The notes under the pieces are model-generated. The model was not told the DNA's origin. It saw nothing but the letters and a program-made list of their open reading frames with translations, and ran no database searches. From Bugula neritina (taxonomy: Eukaryota > Animalia > Bryozoa): 64,000 nucleotides of DNA. The translations under genes and the position numbers were made by a program. This document shows, in pieces, positions 38,059 through 50,081 of the stretch (the stretch's first letter is position 1; every line of letters begins with the position of its first letter). The stretch lies in NCBI GenBank assembly GCA_964035545.1, contig OZ037769.1, positions 7,483,929 through 7,547,928 on the forward strand. Direction: 5' to 3'.

Positions 38059-39537
38059 CTACTTCAATGTATTTCTCCAAGAAACCAACTGAGCCTCAGT
38101 GCTAACTACAGTTAACAGACGATGGTTCTTCAATTCCCTCAAACCTAGTATATTAGACTTAGAACCTTTAATAACATACAGGTTAGTTACTGTTTTCTTA
38201 AACTTGCTTCCTAAAACAACTTCAGCTTTGCCTAACACTGAGAGCTGGGAGTTGTCGGCACTCTTTAAAACTCTATCACTTCCGTGAAGCTTTAGTGCTA
38301 ATGTTTTACTTGTGTCTTCAGTAATTGTAGACACATCTGCACCAGTATCTAAGACAAACTCAATATTTCTATCATTAACACTAAGATTCTGTTTCCATGT
38401 TTCAGCCCTATCGTATGGTTCACTATCAATAAATCTAACCTTACTAGAGCTGACAGCTCTGGTTTTAGGTGATCTCCAAGAAGAACTATCTTTACTATCC
38501 ACTGACCATTCTCTATCTGAGCTACTACTCCTTTGACTTCTATAGTTACTTCTACTAGAGTAATCTTTGTCCTTGTAAGACCTACGCATTCTACAGTCTC
38601 TTGCTATGTGGGCATGTTTTCCACATGCATAACATCTTATTTTCGGACAATTCCTAGCAACATGCTCAGGTTTATGACAAACATAACATAAACTGTCTGA
38701 ACTGCTACTACTACTATTACTGCTAGCTCTATGTCTACTCCTATAGTCTGGAGATTTGTGGCGAGAATAATCTCGACTATTATCTCTAGAACTATATCTA
38801 CCTTCATGTCTATCATTATCATAATAAGATGACCTTCTGTTCGTTACTCTCTCAGACTTAGTTCTAACTTTAGCTATGTTAGCAAAGTTATTATTCAAAT
38901 TAGAACTACTAGATCTAACCTCAGAAACCATTGCAGCAGATTCTCTAGCAATATTCCTAGTCTTCAAAATATCAGACAACGCTTTCCAAGTGATATTTTC
39001 ATTAAGCATAAGTTGTCTTCTCAGATATTCATCTCTTAAACCAACTACTGCCATACTAATAGCAAACCTTTGTCTAAGGTCTTCCACATTAGCCCCTTCA
39101 ACAAATCCTAAATTTCTACTATGTTTCTCAACACGTAGCAAATACTCTAACTCATCTTCGCCGCATGTTTGAGACAAAGTTGCTGCCTTAACCCAAGCCA
39201 CATGAACATTTTCTGTTTTCTCATAGTGACCTTTCAACAAATTTAAAGCATCATTATGAGCATTATCATCATTTCTTTCAAGATCAAATCCTGAAGATTG
39301 TAACACATCAATACCCTCATCTCCAATGGCATTGAGCAAAGCTAGAAACTTAGCTTCACCTCTAAATCTATTCACTGCAATATTGGACAGCATTTCAGTA
39401 CCCATTTCAAGGGTTGCTAATCGAACTGACAGGTTGTATTTTACCAACCATTTCTTAAAACAATCACTCTGATTATCGGAGCTCAAAACTAACTTAGGAA
39501 ACCGATTGAGGTCGGTGAACCTAGTGTTAGTAGCCAT
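38059..39537 (-). CDS. Gag-aspartyl protease ORF (492 aa)
   Basis: Gag-like N-terminus, two CCHC knuckles (CYVCHKPEHVARNC, CYACGKHAHIARDC), RS-rich linkers, protease LDTGADVS...ILG; uninterrupted. Confidence 0.9.
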   Translation of the reverse strand: MATNTRFTDLNRFPKLVLSSDNQSDCFKKWLVKYNLSVRLATLEMGTEMLSNIAVNRFRGEAKFLALLNAIGDEGIDVLQSSGFDLERNDDNAHNDALNLLKGHYEKTENVHVAWVKAATLSQTCGEDELEYLLRVEKHSRNLGFVEGANVEDLRQRFAISMAVVGLRDEYLRRQLMLNENITWKALSDILKTRNIARESAAMVSEVRSSSSNLNNNFANIAKVRTKSERVTNRRSSYYDNDRHEGRYSSRDNSRDYSRHKSPDYRSRHRASSNSSSSSSDSLCYVCHKPEHVARNCPKIRCYACGKHAHIARDCRMRRSYKDKDYSSRSNYRSQRSSSSDREWSVDSKDSSSWRSPKTRAVSSSKVRFIDSEPYDRAETWKQNLSVNDRNIEFVLDTGADVSTITEDTSKTLALKLHGSDRVLKSADNSQLSVLGKAEVVLGSKFKKTVTNLYVIKGSKSNILGLRELKNHRLLTVVSTEAQLVSWRNTLK

Positions 39538-39799
39538 TATGGTCTGAACGTGAGCGCGATAATAAAATTTAAAATTTTAATTATCACTATCAGTATCAGA
39601 AAGCTCAATAATACTTAGTTAATCCTTATACCTAATATTAAATTTGAATTTATCAAATCTAATACTCTAACCGAATTATAAATAATAATATTAATGTTTC
39701 GCTGTCACACCACTAACTCCACTACTCTTACTCTACTGATAACACAAACTAAACTCCACAAATGTATCTCGAATAAACTCTTAGTTACTCTCCACTGTT

Positions 39800-39995
39800 T
39801 GGCTCCCCTCTATTATAATTATTTGATTCTGCTCCACTATTCACTTTTCTCCACTATTTGATTCTTCTCCAAACTCCACTATTTGATTCTGCTCCACTCT
39901 TTATTTCTTCTCCACTATTTAATTCTTCTCCGAACTCCACTATTTGATTCTGCTCCACTCTTTATTTCTTCTCCACTATTCACTCCTTCTCCACT
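39800..39995. repeat. Tandem CTCCACTATTTGATTC-based repeats in the LTR element leader
   Basis: About 10 CTCCACT-cored subunits with a ~53-bp higher-order duplication. Confidence 0.8.
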
Positions 39996-41321
39996 GTTGA
40001 CTGTCTACAATCCTGCCGACTGCGCCATGTAATATACGGTCCTACTTACTCGACAGTCTGTGTAAGAGTCCCCTCGTGTAGTCTTTACTTTTACTTTCAC
40101 TCTCACAATAGCCAATATCCAAGCCGTACAAGCTGGTAGGAAATCCGAATGCTTGTAAGGCAGTTAGCCAATCACCTCAGGTTAGCTTGTAGCTTATCTG
40201 CTAAAGACTATAAACCGCATTATATTCCAGTGTCAAGTGCCAGTAAGATGCGCAAAAGAAAAATCTGTCCACATTGAAAGTGCTATTAAATCAGGTTTCC
40301 GCGAATAATTAAATATAATTTGTTTAATTAAACAATACATTTATAATTTTCATCATAAACCTTTTGTGAAAACATGTAACAAAGGTGCAAAAACTGGGTG
40401 AATTTATCACGCAACTACCCACTGCAAACATAATATAGTAAAATGAGCCACGCCTCCTACCGATTAGTAGCAAAACGCCCTGAAATCGCCACTCTCATTT
40501 AGATCATCTCTGGGGTGAGGTTGGCAAGAGCTTTTACAATAGGCTGTTTTAACTTTTATTAGAAACATGTTTGGCAGTTTTTTAATAAAATAAACAGCTA
40601 TAACTTTCAAAACTAAATAAAACGACAGAAAAACAACCATGTGCATGTTACGGTGGACTTTATAGCTACTAGGAGCAGAGATGGGTCAGTTGATTTCACC
40701 TTAGTGCCGGGCAGTACTGGTAGTTTTACTAATGCCAAGAGTTGGTAGTGAAGGTTAGACAACTCCAACTGAATGAAAGGAAGAGTAAATATTGTTACAA
40801 TAAACGATTCATTTAAACACAAACCTGAACCAATGGCAGGTTTTGATGAATCAGACAGAGAGAAGACAACCGCTACATGTAGGCTTGTGAGCATATCACA
40901 GATATAAAACTGGTCTTGATAGCAAGGTAACTTCTATCTGCAAAACAGACAACAAATAATATATAAAAACAAATTTTTATTTCAATTTGCTAATAGTAAA
41001 TGTTTGCAGAGCTGAGAGACTAGTCTAATGAATACAAGTAATTAACTTGTTATTTTGTATCTTTGGCCTGTACCACTGCGTAATGGGTTACCTAGTACAA
41101 TAATATGAATCATCTCCTCTTCTTTAGAGGAATACTATAAGCCTCATTACATTATCCAATGAGAAGGGCCAGAAGATGAACTTCCGATCAAGTGACAGTT
41201 ATCACGTTGTTGTGAGTAAACACACGTATTAAATGGCTATTGTGGTATTGTAAATTAGCGTAACGGTAACGTTTTATATGGTGTGTATTGGGAATAATGA
41301 AGACTATTATGCGGCTACTAC

Positions 41322-44300
41322 TGTTATATTATTATGTGTCTTTTGTTTATCACTAATTACGGACTAGCGAGATGCTACGTTATAATGTCATGTGCATTTG
41401 TTTATTAAAATACATATTGGGTCACCGACGAACGAGAGACTACGAGATGAAAGATGTCAGCCTACAGTAGAGAAACATGCCGATAGACTTTTTGATAAAA
41501 TAATTATAAATCAGTACTATACTTTTGGTCCTTGTATTTCCCCTGGCCGGCCAGACCCCACTTTATTGTTCTTTCGATACTTCAATGTCATGCCTACATA
41601 CTTCGAGTAACTCTCAGGTAATTATATACTCACTATACTTAATGTTTCATGGTGGCAGCAAGATCGTACTCGCACCCTACTTTGCCACTGGAGTGGTGAT
41701 TGTTTAGCTTTTAGTTGTTTGTTGTTGTGGACTGTGTTGGTCTGCCTTGGAGCTGTCATGGAAGGTTTGAAGGCCCCTGGAGAATTATCATTTGAAGGTA
41801 ATGTGTCAGACAATTGGAGGAAGTGGAGAAGGGCCTTGGAAAATTATTTGCTTGCAAGTGATTTGGTTTTGAAGCCTCAAGAGAGTGGCCAAGAGCCTCC
41901 TCCTGAGAATGCGGGTATTAATAGACGTCAGGTTGCTATACTTCTGAACCAGGCTGGTGAGGAAGCTACTGAGATTTATGGTCAATTTGACTTTCCCGCA
42001 GGTAAAAGCAAGGATGTTATGGCTGATGTTTTGGAGCAGTTTGAAGCCTATTGCAATCCCCGGCGTAACGTGTTGTATGAATGGTTTGTTTTTTGGTCTC
42101 TCAGTCAGAGTGATGGAGAGCCCATTGACACCTTTGTGAAACGTCTAAAAACTCAAGCTACAAAATGTGATTTTGGCGAATTGCGAGACCGAATGCTTCT
42201 CTGCAGAATTGTGTTTGGACTCACTGATGGAAAGCTGAAGGAGCGGCTACTCCGTGACAAGAACGTTAAACTTGAGAGTGCCTTAGATGACATCCGTGCT
42301 GCTGAGATTACCAAACAGCAGATGTCAAGGATGGCTGCCGGTGATACTACTATGATGACAGTCAATGAGATAAATGATGCTGCAGTCAGCACTGTGCAGA
42401 GTCAGTCTGGCGCTACGCAAATAAAAACCAGAAGTAACACATGTAAGGACAACATAGATTGCAAATTTTGTGGATATACACATGCCAAAGGTAGATGTCC
42501 TGCTTATGGCGAGACATGTCATAACTGCGGGAAGAAAAATCACTTTGAGATAGTCTGCAAAGGCAAAGCTCTTGCAGAGAAACAAATGAATAGCTTGTTC
42601 ATAGGTGCTGTTGGTGCTCTTTCTAACGAATCTAAATTGAAATCTTGGATTCTTCCGATGAAGGTCAGTGACAAAGGAAAGGCCAATGATATTCAGTTTA
42701 AGATTGATACTGGAGCTGAAACAAATTGCATCAACCTAAGAACCGTTCAGTCACTTGGTGCTACTCTAAAGCCCACTTCTGTATGCCTTTACGGCTATAA
42801 TAAGACCAAGATCAAGAATGTGGGTGCAGTTCAACTCACCGTGAACCACAAGGAGCATAGCCAGAGTGTCCACTTTGAGGTGGTTGATGAGGACCTTCCT
42901 CCCATACTTGGCCTCGAGGTTGCTGAATCGTTTGGTCTGATCCGCAGAGTTGATCAGTTGTCAACCTCGATACTTCAGGAGTTCCCTGAGGTGTTTGAAG
43001 GAGTTGGCAGACTTGATGGAGAGCACGAGATATGTGTTGACGAGAATGTGAAGCCTGTGGTTCATCATCCAAGACGTGTCCCACTCAGTATGCTAGACAA
43101 AGTGAAAAAGGAGCTGGATGATATGGAGGCATCTGGAATCATATCTAAGGTTAACGTACCAACCAACTGGGTGAGTAGTATGGTATGCGTTGAAAAGAAA
43201 GATGGGTCGGTTCGTATATGCCTAGACCCCAAGGACCTGAACAGAGCAGTGAGACGAGAACATCACAAGATACCCACATTAGAAGACATTGCCTTCAGAT
43301 TCAATGGTATGCAATACTACACCATCATGGACATGAAACATGGATACTGGCATGTAGCCTTGACCAAAGAGAGTAGTCTGCTCACAACGTTCAACACCCC
43401 ATATGGTCGCTACTGTTTTGATAGACTTCCATTTGGTCTTCACTCAAGTGCTGAAGTCTTTGAGAAGAAGGTGGAGCAAATATTTGGAGACTTGCCTGGT
43501 GTCTCAGTGTATTTTGATGACATCATTGTAGCTGGAAAGACACAACAGGAACATGATGCCAATCTGAGAAAGCTATTGGTAAAGGCCAAAGAGGCTAATG
43601 TGAAGTTTAATCGCAAGAAGATTCAGTTGAATCAGACGGAGGTACGCTATTTAGGCCATATAGTATCGAAAGATGGTCTGCGTCCTGACCCAGACAAGAT
43701 AGCTGCTATTGAGGCCATGCCTGACCCAACAGACCGAGAGGGAGTACAAAGACTGATTGGTACTCTCAATTTTCTAAGAGCCTACATACCCAACATGTCA
43801 GCCTGTACTGAGCCCTTGAGAGTGCTACTGAAGAGTGATAGTCAGTGGGTGTGGTCCAAAGAACAAATGGAAAGCTTCCAGGTAATTAAACGCTTGCTTA
43901 CATCCGAGCCTGTCTTGCAGTATTTTGATGTTACCAAGGATGCGCATTTACAAGTTGACGCTTCAAAGTCGGGACTTGGTGCAGTGTTACTACAGGAAGG
44001 TAAACCTGTTGCATATGCTTCACGCAGCTTAACTGAGACTGAGTGCAACTATTCCCAAATAGATAAGGAGCTGCTAGCAGTTGTGTTCGGCTGTGAGCGC
44101 TTTCACAGCTACCTCTATGGACGTGCTGTTCACATACAGACGGATCATAAACCTCTCGTCCCGATAATGAACAAGTCGTTGCACAAGGCATCCCCAAGGC
44201 TGCAAAGACTACTTCTGCGACTACAAAGATACCGGATAGCTGAGTTCACATATGTTCCGGGCAAGTATTTATATATTGCTGACACACTATCCCGAGCCTA

Positions 44301-46151
44301 CCTTCAGCACGTTACAAATGATCAGTGTGATCTCGAAGGTGAAGTTGTAATGGTTCATGCCTTAGAAACCGATGATAGCACCATGAATGAGATAAGACAG
44401 TCATATGCTGAAGACCCGACAATGGACAGTCTGAAAAAAGCACTGCAAGATGGCTGGTCATGGAGTAGACGGAGTCAGGCCCCCACAGAAATCCAACCCT
44501 ACTGGAATGTTAGATCTGACATCTATGATGTGGATGGATTTCTTTACGTTGAAGAGCGGCTTATAGTTCCGAAGTCACAGAGGAAGCACATTCTAAAGTC
44601 GCTACACATGGGCCACCTGGGCGTTGAGAAATGCAGAGAGCTTGCGAGGAAATCATTCTATTGGCCTGGGCTATCTGCTGATATACGGAATGAAGTGTCA
44701 AGTTGCCTCACCTGCGCTAAGTTTTCCAACCGTCAACAGAAAGAGCCGTTAATGTCTCATGAGCTGCCAAGTCTACCATGGAATAAAGTGGCTATGGATA
44801 TACTGTCCTATAAGAATAATGATTACTTGGTAGTTGTGGACTGCTACTCTCACTTCCCCGAGCTGAGATTACTCAGGAGAAAGACTGCTGAAGACGTGGT
44901 TTTGGCATTGAAATCCATATTTGCTGTACACGGGGTACCAGTGTCCATTCTGGCGGACAACATGCCTTTCAGCAGTAGAGTCATGCAAACTTTTGCATCA
45001 AGCTGGTGCTTCACCATTGTAACATCTAGTCCGCACTACCCTAAGTCCAATGGAATGGCTGAGCGTTATGTGCAAACGATGAAAGCCTTTCTAAAAAAAT
45101 GTGAGGATGAAAGAGAGGATATATACAGGTCACTACTCAGATACAGGCAATCTCCTATCACTGGCTGTGCTTTCAGTCCAGCTGAGCTTCTGTTCAACAG
45201 AGCCCTAAGAAGTGATTTGCCAATCACTGCCGAGTCGCTTAAACCAGTTGTTATTGAGGCTAGCCAACAACTAATAGCCAACCAAAACTTGCAGAAGAAG
45301 TACCATGACCGCCATGCACGGCCGTTGGCTGAGCTGGAACCTGGGACTCCTGCACTAATCAGGTCAAGCACTGACAAAGAATGGTCGCCAGGAATGAATG
45401 TCGAGCAGCATGACTCCCCCAGATCCTACTTGGTTGACAACGGTCAGTCTATAGTGCGTAGGAATCGTGTTCACCTCAAACCAGATAACACACAGACCCT
45501 TGGTGTCGCTGATGCTGCTGATTCTGATGTTGGGGATGCTCCTAATGAATCCCCCCACATGCCTGCCCTGCCTGCAACACCTCTCAGGAACGCGGCACCA
45601 CCACCAGAGCGTCAACCCAGAAGCAACCGTGGAGTCCTCCCCGCTAAATACAAGGACTTCCACATGGGATAAGCTATTAGCCGTTTCCCACCCTGTACAT
45701 AGTTATTTAGTTTCATTGTTAATCCCCAATCCATATTAATCATGTATACTCGTATCATATTATTAATCTCAGCAACCTTAATCACAATGTTATAGAAGGA
45801 AGTCACCTGCTTAAGAAGGGAGATGTTATATTATTATGTGTCTTTTGTTTATCACTAATTACGGAATAGCGAAATGCTACGTTATAATGTCATGTGCATT
45901 TGTTTATTAAAATACATATTGGGTCACCGACGAACGAGAGACTACGAGATAAAAGATGTCAGCCTACAGTAGAGAAACATGCCGATAGACTTTTTGATAA
46001 AATAATTATAAATCAGTACTATACTTTTGGTCCTTGTATTTCCCCTGGCCGGCCAGACCCCCCTTTATTGTTCTTTCGATACTTCAATGTCATGCCTACA
46101 TACTTCGAGTAACTCTCAGGTAATTATATACTCACTATACTTAATGTTTCA
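41322..46151 (+). mobile_element. Full-length Ty3/Gypsy LTR retrotransposon (Mag-like)
   Basis: 328-bp LTRs (41322-41649, 45824-46151) with 4 substitutions by my comparison; TSD ACTAC; PBS TGGTGGCAGC (tRNA-Leu-type); PPT AAGAAGGGAGA. Confidence 0.97.
41758..45672 (+). CDS. Gag-Pol polyprotein (1304 aa from the first ATG)
   Basis: CCHC x2, protease IDTGA, RT LPFG/YFDD, RNase H VDASKSGLGAVL, integrase HHCC plus D-D-E (MDI, ADN, MAER); Gypsy domain order; no stops. Confidence 0.96.
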   Translation: MEGLKAPGELSFEGNVSDNWRKWRRALENYLLASDLVLKPQESGQEPPPENAGINRRQVAILLNQAGEEATEIYGQFDFPAGKSKDVMADVLEQFEAYCNPRRNVLYEWFVFWSLSQSDGEPIDTFVKRLKTQATKCDFGELRDRMLLCRIVFGLTDGKLKERLLRDKNVKLESALDDIRAAEITKQQMSRMAAGDTTMMTVNEINDAAVSTVQSQSGATQIKTRSNTCKDNIDCKFCGYTHAKGRCPAYGETCHNCGKKNHFEIVCKGKALAEKQMNSLFIGAVGALSNESKLKSWILPMKVSDKGKANDIQFKIDTGAETNCINLRTVQSLGATLKPTSVCLYGYNKTKIKNVGAVQLTVNHKEHSQSVHFEVVDEDLPPILGLEVAESFGLIRRVDQLSTSILQEFPEVFEGVGRLDGEHEICVDENVKPVVHHPRRVPLSMLDKVKKELDDMEASGIISKVNVPTNWVSSMVCVEKKDGSVRICLDPKDLNRAVRREHHKIPTLEDIAFRFNGMQYYTIMDMKHGYWHVALTKESSLLTTFNTPYGRYCFDRLPFGLHSSAEVFEKKVEQIFGDLPGVSVYFDDIIVAGKTQQEHDANLRKLLVKAKEANVKFNRKKIQLNQTEVRYLGHIVSKDGLRPDPDKIAAIEAMPDPTDREGVQRLIGTLNFLRAYIPNMSACTEPLRVLLKSDSQWVWSKEQMESFQVIKRLLTSEPVLQYFDVTKDAHLQVDASKSGLGAVLLQEGKPVAYASRSLTETECNYSQIDKELLAVVFGCERFHSYLYGRAVHIQTDHKPLVPIMNKSLHKASPRLQRLLLRLQRYRIAEFTYVPGKYLYIADTLSRAYLQHVTNDQCDLEGEVVMVHALETDDSTMNEIRQSYAEDPTMDSLKKALQDGWSWSRRSQAPTEIQPYWNVRSDIYDVDGFLYVEERLIVPKSQRKHILKSLHMGHLGVEKCRELARKSFYWPGLSADIRNEVSSCLTCAKFSNRQQKEPLMSHELPSLPWNKVAMDILSYKNNDYLVVVDCYSHFPELRLLRRKTAEDVVLALKSIFAVHGVPVSILADNMPFSSRVMQTFASSWCFTIVTSSPHYPKSNGMAERYVQTMKAFLKKCEDEREDIYRSLLRYRQSPITGCAFSPAELLFNRALRSDLPITAESLKPVVIEASQQLIANQNLQKKYHDRHARPLAELEPGTPALIRSSTDKEWSPGMNVEQHDSPRSYLVDNGQSIVRRNRVHLKPDNTQTLGVADAADSDVGDAPNESPHMPALPATPLRNAAPPPERQPRSNRGVLPAKYKDFHMG

Positions 46152-46239
46152 ACTACCCTAGGAATTGCTAGTTACTAGTTAGAATAAATACTGAATACGC
46201 AAGCAGAATCCACGCATAGTAATTGTGCAAATTACAACA

Positions 46240-46670
46240 CCACTACTACTAGTAGTAGTAGTACTAGTACTACTAGTACTATTAACTATTACTATGGTTA
46301 CAGGTTGACCGTACATCAAGTTCAACTCGAACTTCAACAGTTACTAGTTAGGCTTAGTAAATGTAATACTAATACTTATACAGTATAACTTATAGTTATA
46401 CTAATAGTTAGTGACTTAGTAAAGACTTGTAACTTGTAAGTCTCAAATAGTGAAGTTGAACTTGAAGTTAGTAGTTACTATTACTATTAGACGTAGTATT
46501 ACTGTATTACTTATTACTATTACTATTAGTATTACTTAGTATTACTATTACTATTAGTATTAGTATTACTATTACTATTACTTATTAGTATTATACTTAT
46601 AGTTATAGTAATAGTAATACTATTAGTTTAGTATTACTATTAGTATTAGTATTACTATTACTATTGGTGT
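46240..46670. repeat. Low-complexity (TAG/TAC/TAT)n region
   Basis: Directly visible. Confidence 0.8.
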
Positions 46671-47958
46671 TAGTTTAAGTTATCACTCATCTGTTATCGT
46701 GGTCGCACAATTAGAATGAGAATTAACATGAAGATATAAGTATAACTATGAGTTAGTATAAGTAAAACTAAATATAAATGTAATAGAATTATAGTTAAAA
46801 TCATCAATCATCAATGTATTTAAAATTAATAAATATAATAATAATACTAATACTAATAGTTAATATGATAATTATTATTCATCATAATCATTATTTAAAT
46901 TATCATTACGAAAATTCAAATCGTATATTTGATTAGATTCATTTAACTAATATCAGCCGAACTGCTTTTGTTGCCTCTATGCAGATTGGTCTATTAAAAA
47001 TCTTTGTTCCTGCTTGTTGATCAGCCTTTAATATATGTTTGTGCAAAAATGCATTAGAAGTCCTGTGACTAGTATTTGCTAGCATTTCACAAGTGGTTTG
47101 CACTGTAAACCCGCATATTTTTTTACAATTTACATTTAAAGAATTCTTTTAGGTATATAGTCAATTTCTACAGTTTTGTGTAAAATTGTGAATGTAGGTT
47201 AAAGATGCTCTCAGTTTACATAAGATTGATTAAAAAGTTATAAAATTAATTTTGCTAACATTTTAATTGAATAGAACATTGGCATATTTGACTGCACATT
47301 TTAGTATTGTGTCTTTTTCAGTTCATATAAAGAAGGTGAAGCTGTGTTGAAAACTATTTTTTTTACATGGAACCTCTTGTGGCCGGGGCTTTAAAGCATA
47401 AGCTCAATGAAGGGAAAGGTAATTTAAAACATTTTTTTTATAACAAAGCTAATTGATGAGACTAAAGTTGCCTTTATACCTTCACAATTCTCAGTCAGAA
47501 ATTCAATTTGACTGAGTTGAAAATTTTAATTAGTTGCATTGCATTGTAAATGCCACTCAGAAAAGTTTTGAGTTGTAATAACTTAATCAGTCGATTTCAT
47601 AATAACGGTCAAAACTGATAGCTCCTTGTAAATATCAGCATTTAATTAACTAAAGCTTCAGTGATTCATGTAAGAGCTTCATGTTTATAATCATATCTGC
47701 CACCATAGTTATTCTTATGCTGTCAACCTTATGTTTTTAAAGGGCATCAAATATTGAATAATCAAGTCATACTTCACTGTTGGAAAACACGCTTCTGCAT
47801 CAATCTGATTTCAACGATTATTAGTAAAACTGTAAAGGGTTGCTCGGAAGTTTGATATTAACTAAAACTCCGTACTTTTTTAAGCAAAAGTATAAACAAA
47901 CCGTTGAACCTTTGCAACTTATGATCTTCTTTGATATGAAGCTTTATGCTCTTATAGC

Positions 47959-50081
47959 AAATCAATCTGGTTCAAGTGAGAAGGACAGGCAGGCAAGTTC
48001 AGACCAGGACGATGCTTTCTAGGAGCTGAGGCCCGTGGGTCTAATTCTTGATGAAAAACTTACATCTCTGAGTCGTCAACCTGAAGTGAACCTGGATAGC
48101 CTACTGCAGGGCTTCCGTGCAAGACAAGCCAAGAAGGTGGAAGTGAAAGGCTACAGAGATATCTGTATCACTGGTACGTCTGTGTTACTACAGCTCCGTT
48201 CTCGTTACTCTCAGTCTGAGACGGTCAGGTTGGAATAGGTTTACATCTATCTATTTATTATCTATGAGTATTGAAGTGCATTCAATATTATTTTCTGAAA
48301 TGATTGTATTTTGCAGTGTTCTGCTGTGCCCCCATCCCACTGCAGTCTGCGTTTGTTGCTACTATGTTACTCAAATACGCCCGACACTTCTCAGCTGGCC
48401 AGCCAATCACTGGTAAGTGGTTGGCTGGCCCGATTGGTTGGCCTTTGCCTAAACCAACCACACTCAATGAGCTCACTCATCTTGAAGCTGTGCACGACTC
48501 CATGGACCTGTACAATTGACTGTCCTATAGGTTTGAGGTGCCCGAGCTTTAATCATATTACAATATTACATGGAACTGCTACAAACCTGTTTCCTTTTTT
48601 CCTGCAGCATGCCAAAGTGGTGAGTCATCATATACGAATCCTCGGAGTACTAAATTCAACGTGAAACTTAAAAAGTGACTAAATTTTTTGAGAATATACC
48701 TTTCTATCAAGAACTTTGCTGTTTTTATTCACACACGTGACTACCAGCTGAAAAAATTATTAGCTCTTTGTTATTCAACAACTTTAGAAGGTAGCTATCG
48801 AGTTTGTGATAATTTTTTGAATTTTGAATTTTATTGTGGCAACTGTTACAGATGTATCCCCATTTAGACTACGTTAAAGATTTACGCCATGCCTCAAACC
48901 TGACTTCCCCGGCTCAGCTTATTCCACTAGCTCGTGCGAAACAGAGAAAGATAGTTATTCATGCAGGGCCAACTAACAGCGGGAAAACATATCATGTTTT
49001 TCAAAGGTTTGTGTACTTCAATTCTCCATTATCTAATCGCATGTTTAACAAGATAGCTTTTCTGCAAGAGTATTGTACTCTCATGATTAAAGAAAATAAA
49101 ATTAAATATTAAATTCCCATTATTTGTCGTTTTAGATATTTAGCATCTAAATCTGGCATATACTGCAAGTCACTACAAATGCTGGCTGTCGAATTGGCAC
49201 AAAAATCTTATATATGCCGGGCTTGCGTGTGATTTAGTCACTGGAGAAAAGCGAAATTTTGCTGACCCAGAAGGTATGTAAAGTTTGTTGCATATTGCGA
49301 CGTGAGTCTCATTTCTGTTCAGATGAAATTTACACCCGCTTATATATAGCTTTTGTTTTCTACCCTTCTGTAGTCATTTGGTAGCTTCTTTTACAGTGAG
49401 TGGCAACTTTGTCTGTAAAACTTGAAACCATGCTGAAGTTCTTCAAAGTAGACTTTTTATTTTTTACTCTTCAGGACTAGCTTTTTTTAAATATAGGTGT
49501 GATGCCAGCTGCACATGTATCATGCACAGTGGAGATGACCAATACAGAAAGGCCTATTGAAGTAGCTATTATAGGTGAGATCCAGATGTTGCGAGACAAA
49601 TAGAGGGGGTGGGCATGGTTACGAGCTTTTCTAGGTTGGTGCTAATTGTGTTATCAGTCTATCGGCGGATATCTTACCTTATACATATTTCAATTTACTG
49701 ACTTAAGTTTGATTTTTCAGTTCTTTACATTTGTCGCGTAGCCAAGAGTTATCTGTAAGCTCATTCAAAGTTATTGTTCCTTGACCCAAGATGACTTTCT
49801 TGTTTGAGAATATCCTATTTTACTTCAAATAGTAGTTTAGGATAGCTTAATCTTTTGTTTCGCCTTTAATTCAAAATTGAATTACTAATTTTCATGGCAA
49901 TCTGCAGGTACAGAAGGTTAACTCCGATAGAATACATGAACGAACCCCTCGGTAGTATTGATAATGTGCAGGATGGGGACTGTATTGTCTGCTTCAACAA
50001 GTCTAGTATATACCAACTGCGGAGAGAGTTAGAGAACATGGGCCGACAGCGTGCTGTTATATACGGAGGTCTCTCACCAGG
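47959..50081 (+). pseudogene. SUPV3L1: SUV3 mitochondrial helicase pseudogene, 5' block (non-processed, scrambled)
   Basis: Exons ~47959-48172 (in-frame TAG), 48317-48530 (late exon FCCAPI...LEAVHDSMDLYN*LSYR), 48852-49006 (HAGPTNSGKTY), 49136-49273 (frameshift, CDLVTGE), 49497-49634 ([21 protein letters not shown]), 49909-50081 (GDCIVCF, AVIYGGLSPG). Possible earlier exons at ~47030-47420. Confidence 0.9.

Larger units (their letters stand above)
37371..40229 (-). mobile_element. Non-autonomous LTR retrotransposon (Gag + protease only), 2859 bp
   Basis: Identical 202-bp TG...CA LTRs (37371-37572, 40028-40229); TSD GTGTC; PBS TGGCGCAGTCGGCAGGAT (tRNA-Ser-type 3' end); PPT AAAAGGGAGGGCA; no RT, RNase H or integrase. 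Confidence 0.93.

Noticed and set aside
39800-39995. CRISPR-like repeat array
   Set aside because: Eukaryotic context, no unique spacers; it is a tandem repeat in a retroelement leader.
41392-41610. Duplicated 72-aa ORFs (also 45894-46112)
   Set aside because: They lie inside the two Gypsy LTRs, start with GTG and show no protein features.
41719-41757. Signal-peptide-like MLLWTVLVCLGAV on the Gypsy polyprotein
   Set aside because: Arises from a TTG start in the ORF track; the real start is probably ATG 41758.
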